From positions 12,433 to 76,432 of the forward strand of contig CATMHQ010000001.1 in NCBI GenBank assembly GCA_950068325.1: a DNA stretch of 64,000 bases. Reading direction: 5' to 3'. Positions 1 to 9,270 of this stretch are shown here, in pieces. The DNA comes from an uncultured Fidelibacterota bacterium (GTDB lineage Bacteria > Fidelibacterota > Marinisomatia > Marinisomatales > UBA1611). The translations under genes and the position numbers were made by a program. The stretch's first letter is position 1; each line of letters opens with the position of its first letter. The notes under the pieces are model-generated. The model did no database searches. It saw nothing but the letters and a program-made list of their open reading frames with translations, and had not been told where the DNA came from.

Positions 1-2
1 AT

Positions 3-122
3 AATCATCAGAAATTGAATGTGATGAGAGATTTTCAAGAAAAAATGCTTTTCAAATTAGATGGAAAAGCTTCGGAACGAGTTCGGGGTGCTATTCTGGA
101 TCGCCTTCAGAACCAAGGATGA
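3..122 (+). CDS. 3' end of a CDP-glycerol glycerophosphotransferase-like gene (truncated by the window edge)
   Basis: Frame 3 reads ...MLFKLDGKASERVRGAILDRLQNQG*. This resembles the C-terminal YKPDGKASSRLV of the next gene. The stop overlaps the next ATG (ATGA at 119-122). Confidence 0.6.
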   Translation, partial: NHQKLNVMRDFQEKMLFKLDGKASERVRGAILDRLQNQG

Positions 123-1216
123 TTAAAGTTCGAATGACATCGATTCTGTTTGAAACTCATCACCTGTATTATTTATCAAATTTTTTGCCAGTCATTCATG
201 AAATGAAGAAGCGGGAAAAATTTGAAATATTCGCTTCAATCCCCATGAAAATGCCAAGGGAGGAACGGCAAATATTCTATCATGCGTGTTCTGGAATTGA
301 TATTCCTATTATAAAAACTGAAAATGAAACAGAACGGATCGTTCAAATTAAAAAAGAAAAATTTGATGTCATCCTTATCGGAAATGTGGGCCAAGTCAAC
401 TATTTGACTTCGGAAAAAACCATCGCTGTCATGGTTTACCATGGGATTGGTCTCAAACAATCTTATTACCGTGACATGGATGATCGCATCAATATTCGTT
501 CTGTGGAATCGCAAGATCGATTTGATGAACTCCAGGCAAAGGGCCACCAAAATCTTGTTCTGACCGGATTTACAAAACTGGACCCATTATTTGATCTGGA
601 TGATGATGAAATTTTGAAATTGAAGCGAGAATTAAATCTCGATCCGAATAAAAAAACAATTCTTTATGCACCAAGTTTTTATCCCAGTTCCCTCGAAAAA
701 CTTTTTCCTGAATTTGAATTATTATCTATTAATCATAACGTAATAATAAAACTTCATAATTTCAGTTGGCACCAGAATCGGTATCGATATCAAAGCAAAC
801 TGGCAGAAGCGTTAGATAAAAAATGTAATAATATCCACCTTTTAAAAAGGGATGTTTATAACATCATTCCCTATTATCGTTTGGCAGATATTTTGGTCAG
901 CGATATTTCATCTACACTTTTTGAATTCCTTCCATTGAATAAGCCCATCATCCAGGCAAATTTTTTCAGCTTAAGATTAAAACACAGGATTTTTCCCCAA
1001 CGATTCTGGAAAAAATTGGATGTGGAGAGAATGCAAAATATAGATTTTGCTTATCTAATTTCAGATCCGTCAGAACTTTCCATTCGTATCCAATTTGCTT
1101 TGGATTATCCGGAAGAAATGGCATCCTTGCGAGAAGACGCTCATAATCAATATTTATATAAACCTGATGGAAAAGCATCATCTAGACTGGTAGCTGCGAT
1201 TGAAGAAAAACTATAG
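119..1216 (+). CDS. CDP-glycerol glycerophosphotransferase (TagB/TagF/EpsJ-like) family protein
   Basis: Motifs YHGIGLK, GFTKLDPL, KKTILYAPSF, IKLH, ADILVSDISS, DGKASSR. Confidence 0.8.
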   Translation: MIKVRMTSILFETHHLYYLSNFLPVIHEMKKREKFEIFASIPMKMPREERQIFYHACSGIDIPIIKTENETERIVQIKKEKFDVILIGNVGQVNYLTSEKTIAVMVYHGIGLKQSYYRDMDDRINIRSVESQDRFDELQAKGHQNLVLTGFTKLDPLFDLDDDEILKLKRELNLDPNKKTILYAPSFYPSSLEKLFPEFELLSINHNVIIKLHNFSWHQNRYRYQSKLAEALDKKCNNIHLLKRDVYNIIPYYRLADILVSDISSTLFEFLPLNKPIIQANFFSLRLKHRIFPQRFWKKLDVERMQNIDFAYLISDPSELSIRIQFALDYPEEMASLREDAHNQYLYKPDGKASSRLVAAIEEKL

Positions 1217-1270
1217 ATATAGCAACACGATGTATTGAGCATATCGAAATGACTAATCGTAATAAGTATT

Positions 1271-1356
1271 TAAAACGTAAATATCTAATAAATCGTGAGA
1301 TAAGGGATAATTATCCCGAAAAAAACTCGGGACAGGCTGTTTTAAATATTTACATA
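1271..1356. repeat. Dispersed intergenic element, copy 1 (copy 2 at 48459-48520), containing an extra hairpin insert
   Basis: TAAAACGTAAATATCTAATAAATCGTGAGATAAGGGATAATTA matches 48459-48501 at 39/43 nt. The 3' part GTTTTAAATATTTACATA also matches. Confidence 0.85.
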
Positions 1357-1414
1357 ATTTTTCCTAAACACTGGTATAAACCTGAATGTGGTTAACTTTT
1401 GTCGAAATAAAAAA

Positions 1415-2407
1415 ATGAAGATTGGTGTTTACAGCCCCAATTGGATTGGAGATGCGGTCATGGCGCTTCCATTCATCCATCAATTAAAGGAGAAAGTTCC
1501 GGAATCAGAGATCACACTTATTTGTAAAGATTGGGTCGCTGACATATATGAAAACCATCCGGCAATTGCTCAAATAATTCCACTTTCAAAATCAGATATT
1601 CGTGGTTTTAAAGGCACTCGAAAAACAGGGAAATCGCTCCAATCATCAGAATTGGATATCTTCTATACATTGACAGATTCGTTCAGGAGCGCAGCCATTT
1701 TATGGTGGAGTAAAGCAAAGAGTCGTGTGGGATTTCATTCCCAAATGAGATCATTATTATTAACCGATGTAATTGATTTACCAAAAGAAAAAGTGCATCG
1801 CTCCAAAAAATATTTATATCTTATTGAATCACAAACAAAAACCGGTGATTCAATTGGAATCAAATTAACCGATGAGGAAATTCAGTGGGCAAAAGAAGAA
1901 TTGGAAAATATGGTATTGGAATTCTCGGTCGCTCTTTGCCCTTTCAGTGTTGCAGAATCAAGATCGATTCCGAATAAAAAAATCAATGAATGGCTCAATG
2001 GGTCAAATCAACACTTTCTTATATTTGGATCCAGCGGTGATTCTGATCGTGCAAGATCACTAATAAATGAATGTGCGGAAATAAAACTGACCAATATATG
2101 TGGAAAATATTCCATACGAGAATCCATGGCGCTCATGTCTCAATGTCAATTCACACTGGCTTCAGACAGTGGACTTGGGCACATTTCTGCAAGTTTGGGT
2201 ATTCCAACTTTTTCATTTTTTGGTGCCGGGGACAGTGAAATAACAAAACCAATTGGAAAACAAACATTTGTGATAAACAAAGAAGTGTATTGCAGTCCAT
2301 GTCGCAAGAATGTTTGTATGAATACAAAAGAACATTTACACTGTTTAAATGAAATCACACAAGTTGATGTGAAAAGTGCAATCCAATCATTGAATTTGAA
2401 TCCTTAA
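1415..2407 (+). CDS. waaF: Lipopolysaccharide heptosyltransferase II (GT9)
   Basis: N-terminal PNWIGDAVMALP, DSFRSA, DSGLGHISA, C-terminal CSPCRKNVC. The ATG at 1415 is preferred over the GTG at 1388. Confidence 0.85.
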   Translation: MKIGVYSPNWIGDAVMALPFIHQLKEKVPESEITLICKDWVADIYENHPAIAQIIPLSKSDIRGFKGTRKTGKSLQSSELDIFYTLTDSFRSAAILWWSKAKSRVGFHSQMRSLLLTDVIDLPKEKVHRSKKYLYLIESQTKTGDSIGIKLTDEEIQWAKEELENMVLEFSVALCPFSVAESRSIPNKKINEWLNGSNQHFLIFGSSGDSDRARSLINECAEIKLTNICGKYSIRESMALMSQCQFTLASDSGLGHISASLGIPTFSFFGAGDSEITKPIGKQTFVINKEVYCSPCRKNVCMNTKEHLHCLNEITQVDVKSAIQSLNLNP

Positions 2408-2609
2408 TTTTACCCCCATTATGAAGATGTTTTGGAAAATTGATTTCATTGAAGACCTGGAAGAAGCACGTATATTATTTCAATAAATACACTAAAATAA
2501 TTAAAGAGTAATGCTTCAGAACTTACCCAATATAAAATTGGGCCCCTTTTAACAAAAGGGTGAAGCCCCTTCAATTCGTTTCTGAAAAACCGAGGTTAAT
2601 TAAAAGATC

Positions 2610-3845
2610 ATGGCAATTATTCAGCCTTTCCGGGGATATTTACCTCCACCTGATATAGCTAAAAAAGTTTCATCTCCTCCTTACGATGTTTTGTCATCAG
2701 ATGAAGCTCGAGAAATGGTGCAAAATAATTCAGACTCATTCTTAAGAATTATTAAACCAGAAGTAGATTATTCACCCGGTAATGAACCAGAGGGTGAAGC
2801 ACTCCACCATCATGCAGCTGAGAATCTTGATGCATTTATTAAATCTGGTAAATTACATCAGGATGAAAATCCCTGTTTTTATATTTATCAAATATCGATG
2901 GCTCAGCATACTCAAACAGGAATTATAGCGGCAGTTTCTGTTCAGGAATACAATCAAGGACTTATAAAGAAACATGAATTTACCCGTCCGGATAAAGAGA
3001 ATGACCGCACCCGCCATATTGAAATCACCAATGCTAATACGGGACCAGTTTTACTTACGTTCAGAAATGATGGTGAATTTCAAAATCACATTGCAGATAT
3101 TAGTAACCAGGAAACAGATATTATTTTTCAGGCAGATGATGGCACTACCCACAGTTTGTGGAAAATAACATCGCCCTCAATACTGGAATCACTCAGCCGT
3201 TATTTTGAATCTATCCCAGCTTTATATATTGCGGATGGCCACCATCGTGCAGCCTCGGCATCCCGGGTTCAGAAAATTAGGCAAAATAATAATCCACAAC
3301 ACCATGGAGATGAATCATATAATTATTTTTTATCTGTTATTTTCCCCCATGACGAAATGCAAATACAAGGCTATAATCGTTTGGTGAAGGACCTGATTGG
3401 ATTATCCGAAGATCAATTCCTGGAGTTAATAAAAACCAGCTTTACACTTACGCAATTACCTAATCCCCAGAAACCTGATAACAGACATACTTTTTCTATG
3501 TACTTAAATGGAAACTGGTATCAATTGAAAGCAAAAGATAAAATTATTTCTGATGATTCTATTGCTGGGCTGGATGCATCTATATTACAAAATTATCTGT
3601 TAGATCCTGTCCTGGAAATTGATGACCCGCGGACCAATAAAAGAATCGATTTTGTAGGTGGAATCAGGGGGATGGAAGAATTAGAACGGCGTTGCAGTTT
3701 GAATGCGAAAGTTGCTTTTGCTTTGCATCCGGTTTCAATTGATGAGTTGTTGACTGTAGCAGATGCCGGCAAGGTGATGCCGCCAAAATCTACCTGGTTT
3801 GAACCAAAACTCAGATCTGGACTCGTGGTAAGGTTATTGGATTAG
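2610..3845 (+). CDS. DUF1015 family protein
   Basis: SPPYDV, IKKHEFTRPDKE, YIADGHHRAASA, MPPKSTWFEPKLRSGL. Confidence 0.9.
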   Translation: MAIIQPFRGYLPPPDIAKKVSSPPYDVLSSDEAREMVQNNSDSFLRIIKPEVDYSPGNEPEGEALHHHAAENLDAFIKSGKLHQDENPCFYIYQISMAQHTQTGIIAAVSVQEYNQGLIKKHEFTRPDKENDRTRHIEITNANTGPVLLTFRNDGEFQNHIADISNQETDIIFQADDGTTHSLWKITSPSILESLSRYFESIPALYIADGHHRAASASRVQKIRQNNNPQHHGDESYNYFLSVIFPHDEMQIQGYNRLVKDLIGLSEDQFLELIKTSFTLTQLPNPQKPDNRHTFSMYLNGNWYQLKAKDKIISDDSIAGLDASILQNYLLDPVLEIDDPRTNKRIDFVGGIRGMEELERRCSLNAKVAFALHPVSIDELLTVADAGKVMPPKSTWFEPKLRSGLVVRLLD

Positions 3846-3967
3846 GATACCAGGTGACGTTCCTGGCATTTACTGAAATTGTAACTCGACCGCCGGTGGT
3901 GAAAAAGGCAGATCGTGTGGTTGAGTCATTTGATGATGTGATTCGTTTTTTGGAAGAGATTGATTGA
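3845..3967 (+). pseudogene. Probable orphan 3' remnant of a HAD phosphoserine-phosphatase-like gene
   Basis: The open frame GYQVTFLAFTEIVTRPPVVKKADRVVESFDDVIRFLEEID* resembles the C-terminus of HAD-IB PSP proteins. No N-terminal part is present. Confidence 0.45.
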
Positions 3968-4016
3968 GTAAATTCAGTGGAACAATTTTTTAATTTATTT
4001 AATTGAGGTGAACAGC

Positions 4017-5288
4017 ATGAGTTTGCTGAAACAGGAATTACGGATACAAATACCCAGTGTACAAAACGAGATCAAACAACTGATTGTCGAAAAAGGCGAC
4101 CAAAAGATCAGTGATGTGACGGTGGCTCAAGCCTTCTCCGGGTTGCGTGGAATCAAAGCATTCGTCTGTGATACCTCCTCCGTATCTGCTGAAAAAGGTT
4201 TGATCATTCGTGGCATTCCCCTTTTGGACATCACGCATATTTTGCCCGAAGAAGTTTTCTTTTTACTTCTCACCGGTCGATTACCGAACGAAGATGAATT
4301 AGCGGACCTGAAAAAGGATTTCTCATCTCATCTTGAAGTCTCGAATTATGTTTGGAATGTGATAAGCGAAATGCCGGATGATGCCCATCCCATGACCCTA
4401 TTTAATATAGGAATCCTTGCCATGCAGGGTGAAAGTGTATTCCGAAAAAAGTATGACGAAGGTATGCCTAAAACAGAATTTTGGGAAGCCATCCTTGAAG
4501 ATGGTATCCGCCTTTTAGCAAAACTCCCAACCCTGGGTGCTGGCATTTACCGGATGCGTTTTAACAAAGGGGACCGAATACCTCCTGATTCTACCCAGGA
4601 TTGGGCTGGCAATTTTGTCCACATGATTGGGTTGCCGGATGAGACAGGGGATTTCCATAAACTTATGCAACTGTACTTCATGCTCCATTGCGATCATGAG
4701 GGTGGGAATGTGAGTGCTTTTGCGTCCCATACGGTTGCTTCCGCTTTGTCTGATCCTTATTATGCTGTTTCAGCAGGACTCAACGGTTTAGCCGGTCCGC
4801 TTCATGGCTTGGCGAACCAGGAGTGTCTCAAGTTTGTTTTAAGTGTCCGAGATGAATTTGATGGTGTTCCATCAGAAGATGAATTAAAACAATATTGCTG
4901 GAATCGGCTGAATAACGGACGCGTCATTCCTGGTTACGGACATGCTGTGTTGCGTTGCCCCGATCCTAGATTTACTGCTTTCATTAAATTCGGGCAGGAA
5001 CATATTAAGGATGATGAGGTTTTTTCCATCGTCGATCGTTTATTCAATGTAGTTCCTGGTGTATTAAAGGAACACGGAAAAGCAAAAAATCCATGGCCGA
5101 ACGTAGATGCAGCTTCAGGATCCTTACTCTATTACTATGGATTAAGGGAGTTCAATTTCTATACAGTCTTGTTCAGCATTTCCCGTACTATGGGCATGAT
5201 TTCCCAGATGGTTTGGGAACGGGCGCTAGGTATTCCAATTACTCGCCCAAAATCAGTGACCACTGATTGGATAAGACAAACCGTATAA
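4017..5288 (+). CDS. gltA: Citrate (Si)-synthase, eukaryote/mitochondrial type
   Basis: GLRGIKAFVCDTS, HCDHEGGNVSA, LNGLAGPLHGLANQE, IPGYGHAVLR, NPWPNVDAASG. GAGGTG RBS before the ATG at 4017. Confidence 0.93.
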   Translation: MSLLKQELRIQIPSVQNEIKQLIVEKGDQKISDVTVAQAFSGLRGIKAFVCDTSSVSAEKGLIIRGIPLLDITHILPEEVFFLLLTGRLPNEDELADLKKDFSSHLEVSNYVWNVISEMPDDAHPMTLFNIGILAMQGESVFRKKYDEGMPKTEFWEAILEDGIRLLAKLPTLGAGIYRMRFNKGDRIPPDSTQDWAGNFVHMIGLPDETGDFHKLMQLYFMLHCDHEGGNVSAFASHTVASALSDPYYAVSAGLNGLAGPLHGLANQECLKFVLSVRDEFDGVPSEDELKQYCWNRLNNGRVIPGYGHAVLRCPDPRFTAFIKFGQEHIKDDEVFSIVDRLFNVVPGVLKEHGKAKNPWPNVDAASGSLLYYYGLREFNFYTVLFSISRTMGMISQMVWERALGIPITRPKSVTTDWIRQTV

Positions 5289-5293
5289 ATCCT

Positions 5294-7537
5294 ATGAAAA
5301 AAATCACCAGAATTCTCTCCGGATCTATCTTTTTGGTCCATCTCATTTTTGCGAATGATGTGTATCAATCCCTCCGTTTATTCAATCCAACACCAGAAAA
5401 TATTGAAATTGTCGCTAAGGTTGGAATTCCATTGGATCATTTATCAGGGAAAAAAGGTGTTTACATTGATCTGACTGCTTCAGAAGATCAAACGATTGAT
5501 TTGATCTCACTTGGAATGGATATTGAAATTATCATCCCCGACCTTACTGAACATTATTTATCCAGGAATATCTCTTCTGACTCGCGTGATTTTCCAATGG
5601 GATCCATGCAGGGGAACTATACCTTCGATGAATTGAATGCTCGTTTTGACGAACTTCAGGCAGAATATTCCAACATTATTTCTGAACGAGTCATACTGGG
5701 CCAATCCGTTGAAGGCCGTGATATCTGGGCATTTAAGGTTTCAGACAATCCAGAAGAGGATGAAGAAGAACCGGAAGTTTTATTTACGGCTCTGACCCAT
5801 GCCCGGGAACCCGTTGGCATGATGAATTTGATTTATTTTGTTCAACTTCTTGGTGAAGAATATGGCTCCGATCCTGAATTAACGTATCTCGTGAACGAAC
5901 GTGAAATTTGGTTCTTGCCGGTCGTAAACCCCGATGGTTATGTTTATAATGAATCTATTCAACCCAATGGCGGCGGAATGCACCGTAAAAACCGTAGAGA
6001 CACAAACTGCGGTGAAGGTACGAATCGTGGCGTTGACTTAAATCGGAATTATAGCTTTGGGTGGGGCGCCAACAACACGGGTTCGTCCCAAGATTCTTGC
6101 GCTACAACCTATCGCGGAGAATCTGCTTTCTCGGAACCAGAAACCCAAATTGTAAGTGACTTTATTTTGGATCACGAGTTTATGAATGTGCTGCATTATC
6201 ACACTTATTCTAATGTCTACATCCATGCCTTTGGTGATGCATCTTTACCAGATGAGCCTGATTTAACGACCCTTCGAGAGATCGGAAACGAAATGGCCCG
6301 GTTCAATGGGTATCCTGTGGGGACAGGGTATGAGTTAATTGGATATACGGTTAATGGTGATGCAGTAGATTGGACCTATGGTGATCAGGGGTTAGTAGCA
6401 TTTACACCGGAAGTTGGCTCTTACACTCAAGGATTTTGGCCATCAGAAAATGATGTCTTGGCGCTTTGTGAAGACCAGGTTCATCCCAATAAAGTATTTG
6501 CCTTTGTAGCAGGGCCGGATTTGATCTTAAAAGACTATGAATTATCTCACCAGACTATAAATCCAGGAGATGAAATCGAAACGGAGATAACTATTCAGAA
6601 TCGAGGTTTGGAAGACTTAAACAATGATATTCAAATCAATATATCACCCCTCAATGAATGGGTGTCATTTGATGAAAATTCTTATGTGATTTCTGGATTG
6701 GATAGCAGGGAAATAAATGAAATTATATTGAATACACTTGTATCGGAAGAAACACCAAATGGAACTTTTACCGGCGTGATCGTTTCCTTGGAAAGCGAAT
6801 CCAGTTATGAAAGACAAGACACGATTCGGTTATTAGTTGGGCAGCCTGAATTGGTTTTTTATGATGGATTCGAGACCGGTCTCAGCGATTGGTTTGTCAC
6901 GGGGGATTGGGGACTTACTGACGAAGCAGCTGTGGGCAGTAATGCTTTGTCAGATAGCCCGAATGGTGAATATGATCCGGGACAGGAATCCGTAGCTGAG
7001 TATGAATTTGGCATGATTCCTGGTTTCTTCATTGCTCCCATGGTGACTTACAAGGCTAAGTGGGATATTGAATCTAATTGGGATTTTGTACGGTTCCAGG
7101 CCAATGTTGGCGGGGATGATTGGGTGAGCCTGGAAGGACAATATACAGAGCCAGGTGTAGGCCAAGCTGCACAACCGGCAGGGGAGCATGGTTACGATGG
7201 AACACAGGAAGAGTGGGTAGATGAAACAATATACTTGGATCAGTTGGGAGAAGCGACCATTTACGGTTTCCGATTCATTCAAACATCTGATAATTATGTT
7301 GAGGCAGATGGATTTACCGTTGATGAATTTTCAATCTTGGGAATTCCTGCATTCCAATTTGGTGATTTTAATTTGGATAATTCAGTTGATATTTTTGATG
7401 TAGTTGGGATCATTGATTTAATTTTATTAGAAGGAATTCCATCTGATTTACAGCTCTATTTTTGTGATTTAGACCACAGTGGTTCCCTAGACATTGTGGA
7501 TGTTTTATTGCTTGTAAATCGTATTTTTGGATTTTAA
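5294..7537 (+). CDS. Secreted M14 zinc carboxypeptidase (carboxypeptidase T-like) with Ig/MAM-like domains and a C-terminal dockerin
   Basis: Signal peptide; HARE, RKNR, GVDLNRNY, SEPET, HTYS, catalytic PEV. Two EF-hand-like repeats (GDFNLDNSVDIFDV, CDLDHSGSLDIVDV) at the C-terminus. Confidence 0.88.
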   Translation: MKKITRILSGSIFLVHLIFANDVYQSLRLFNPTPENIEIVAKVGIPLDHLSGKKGVYIDLTASEDQTIDLISLGMDIEIIIPDLTEHYLSRNISSDSRDFPMGSMQGNYTFDELNARFDELQAEYSNIISERVILGQSVEGRDIWAFKVSDNPEEDEEEPEVLFTALTHAREPVGMMNLIYFVQLLGEEYGSDPELTYLVNEREIWFLPVVNPDGYVYNESIQPNGGGMHRKNRRDTNCGEGTNRGVDLNRNYSFGWGANNTGSSQDSCATTYRGESAFSEPETQIVSDFILDHEFMNVLHYHTYSNVYIHAFGDASLPDEPDLTTLREIGNEMARFNGYPVGTGYELIGYTVNGDAVDWTYGDQGLVAFTPEVGSYTQGFWPSENDVLALCEDQVHPNKVFAFVAGPDLILKDYELSHQTINPGDEIETEITIQNRGLEDLNNDIQINISPLNEWVSFDENSYVISGLDSREINEIILNTLVSEETPNGTFTGVIVSLESESSYERQDTIRLLVGQPELVFYDGFETGLSDWFVTGDWGLTDEAAVGSNALSDSPNGEYDPGQESVAEYEFGMIPGFFIAPMVTYKAKWDIESNWDFVRFQANVGGDDWVSLEGQYTEPGVGQAAQPAGEHGYDGTQEEWVDETIYLDQLGEATIYGFRFIQTSDNYVEADGFTVDEFSILGIPAFQFGDFNLDNSVDIFDVVGIIDLILLEGIPSDLQLYFCDLDHSGSLDIVDVLLLVNRIFGF

Positions 7538-7540
7538 AAA

Positions 7541-9193
7541 ATGAAAAAAATTCTAATACTTCTATCAATCACTATTGTTTTTGGAGAAAAATTCAATCCT
7601 GAATTAATGAACCTTGGAAAGCGAGATAACCATTATCGAGTCTGGATCTATTTCCATGATAAAATTGGTTCTGAAATGAGTCCTATTTCCCAAAGAGCAA
7701 AAGACCGTAGAGCAAAAAGTGATGTGCAATCGAACCATCTTTGGTATGACTTGGAAGTCTCCCAAATCTATATTAATGACATATTAGAATTGGGTATTAC
7801 TATTGAAAATGAAAGTCGCTGGCTCAATGCTGTATCTGTGGTGTGCAAAATGTCTGATATCGAAAAAATAGCTAAACTCAAAAGTGTAAAAAAAATTGAA
7901 CCGGTGATTGGTTATAAAAAATCAAAAATTGAATATGCTGAGGATTTCCTCTCCAATTCCCGTGATTTTGATTATGGGAATGCCTTGGCTCAGATTGAGC
8001 AGATCAATGTCCACGAATTGCATAATGCAGGCTACACTGGAGAAGGTGTTATTATTTTAGTCATGGATACTGGATTTAACCTGACACACAATGCTTTGGC
8101 CAATATAAATGTGATCGCCCAATGGGATGTGATTAATAACGACAGCGAAACAGCAAATGAAACATCCGCCGAGACTAGCAATAGTCAGGATTATCATGGC
8201 ACCGCCGTTTTATCTACCATCGCAGCTTACGCACCGGGAGAATTGATTGGCGTTGCTTTTGATGCGGAATTTCTCCTAGCCAAAACAGAAGATGTAACGC
8301 AAGAAGTTCAACAGGAAGAAGATAATTATATTGCAGGTTTAGAATGGGGCGAAGCCAATGGCGCTGATGTGGTTTCTACATCTTTAGGTTATTTAGATTG
8401 GTACACTTATGAAGATATGGATGGAAATACGGCAGTTACCACTATTGGGATAGATATTGCTGTTGGGCTTGGAATGGTTTGTGTCACAGCTGCTGGGAAT
8501 GAGGGGAATGATCAAAATTGGTATTATATTATTGCCCCAGCTGATGCCGATTCAGTGATCGCCGTTGGTGCTGTTGGAGAAAATGGTGTAATTGCGAGTT
8601 TCAGCTCTCATGGACCCACATTTGACGGAAGGATTAAACCAGAAGTTTGTGCCCGGGGATCTTACACTTGGTGCATCAATCCAAATTCAACCACTACGTA
8701 TTCTCAATTGAGTGGTACATCATTGGCATGTCCGTTGGTTGGCGGTGCAGTTGCTTTAATCATACAAGCGCAGCCAGGCTGGAGTGCGATGCAAGTGCGG
8801 GAAGCGATCCTGATGACAGCATCACAATCAAGTGACCCGGATAATACCTATGGGTATGGAATCATGGATGCTGCTTCTGCCGTTGAATATGAGCAAACGA
8901 CTGCAATTGATGATTCTAAGGGTATCCCAAATACATTTCATATTACAAAAACTTACCCCAACCCATTTAACCCATTTCTAACAATTGATGTTTCCGGTTT
9001 GGTTGGCTCCTACTTAACTGTGGACATTTTTTCTTTGTATGGCCAATCTATTGCCAACATTTACGAGGGGACTTTATTTCAATCCAGTCAGAGACTGACA
9101 TGGGTACCTGAAAATATTCCCAGCGGTATTTATTTGCTTCGGTCGGTTTTAAATGATCATGTAAAATTTCAAAAGATAACCTTCCTTAAATAA
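7541..9193 (+). CDS. Secreted S8 subtilisin-like serine protease with a C-terminal sorting domain
   Basis: Catalytic DTG, HGTAV and GTSLACP; AAGNEG; YPNPFNP...SGIY...KITFLK tail. Confidence 0.92.
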   Translation: MKKILILLSITIVFGEKFNPELMNLGKRDNHYRVWIYFHDKIGSEMSPISQRAKDRRAKSDVQSNHLWYDLEVSQIYINDILELGITIENESRWLNAVSVVCKMSDIEKIAKLKSVKKIEPVIGYKKSKIEYAEDFLSNSRDFDYGNALAQIEQINVHELHNAGYTGEGVIILVMDTGFNLTHNALANINVIAQWDVINNDSETANETSAETSNSQDYHGTAVLSTIAAYAPGELIGVAFDAEFLLAKTEDVTQEVQQEEDNYIAGLEWGEANGADVVSTSLGYLDWYTYEDMDGNTAVTTIGIDIAVGLGMVCVTAAGNEGNDQNWYYIIAPADADSVIAVGAVGENGVIASFSSHGPTFDGRIKPEVCARGSYTWCINPNSTTTYSQLSGTSLACPLVGGAVALIIQAQPGWSAMQVREAILMTASQSSDPDNTYGYGIMDAASAVEYEQTTAIDDSKGIPNTFHITKTYPNPFNPFLTIDVSGLVGSYLTVDIFSLYGQSIANIYEGTLFQSSQRLTWVPENIPSGIYLLRSVLNDHVKFQKITFLK

Positions 9194-9270
9194 TTTCCCC
9201 CACCCGGGAGGAATCTCTTGCCTCCGTCAAATAATACCTCGAAATTATGTCTCGCCTGAGAGATTTCACA

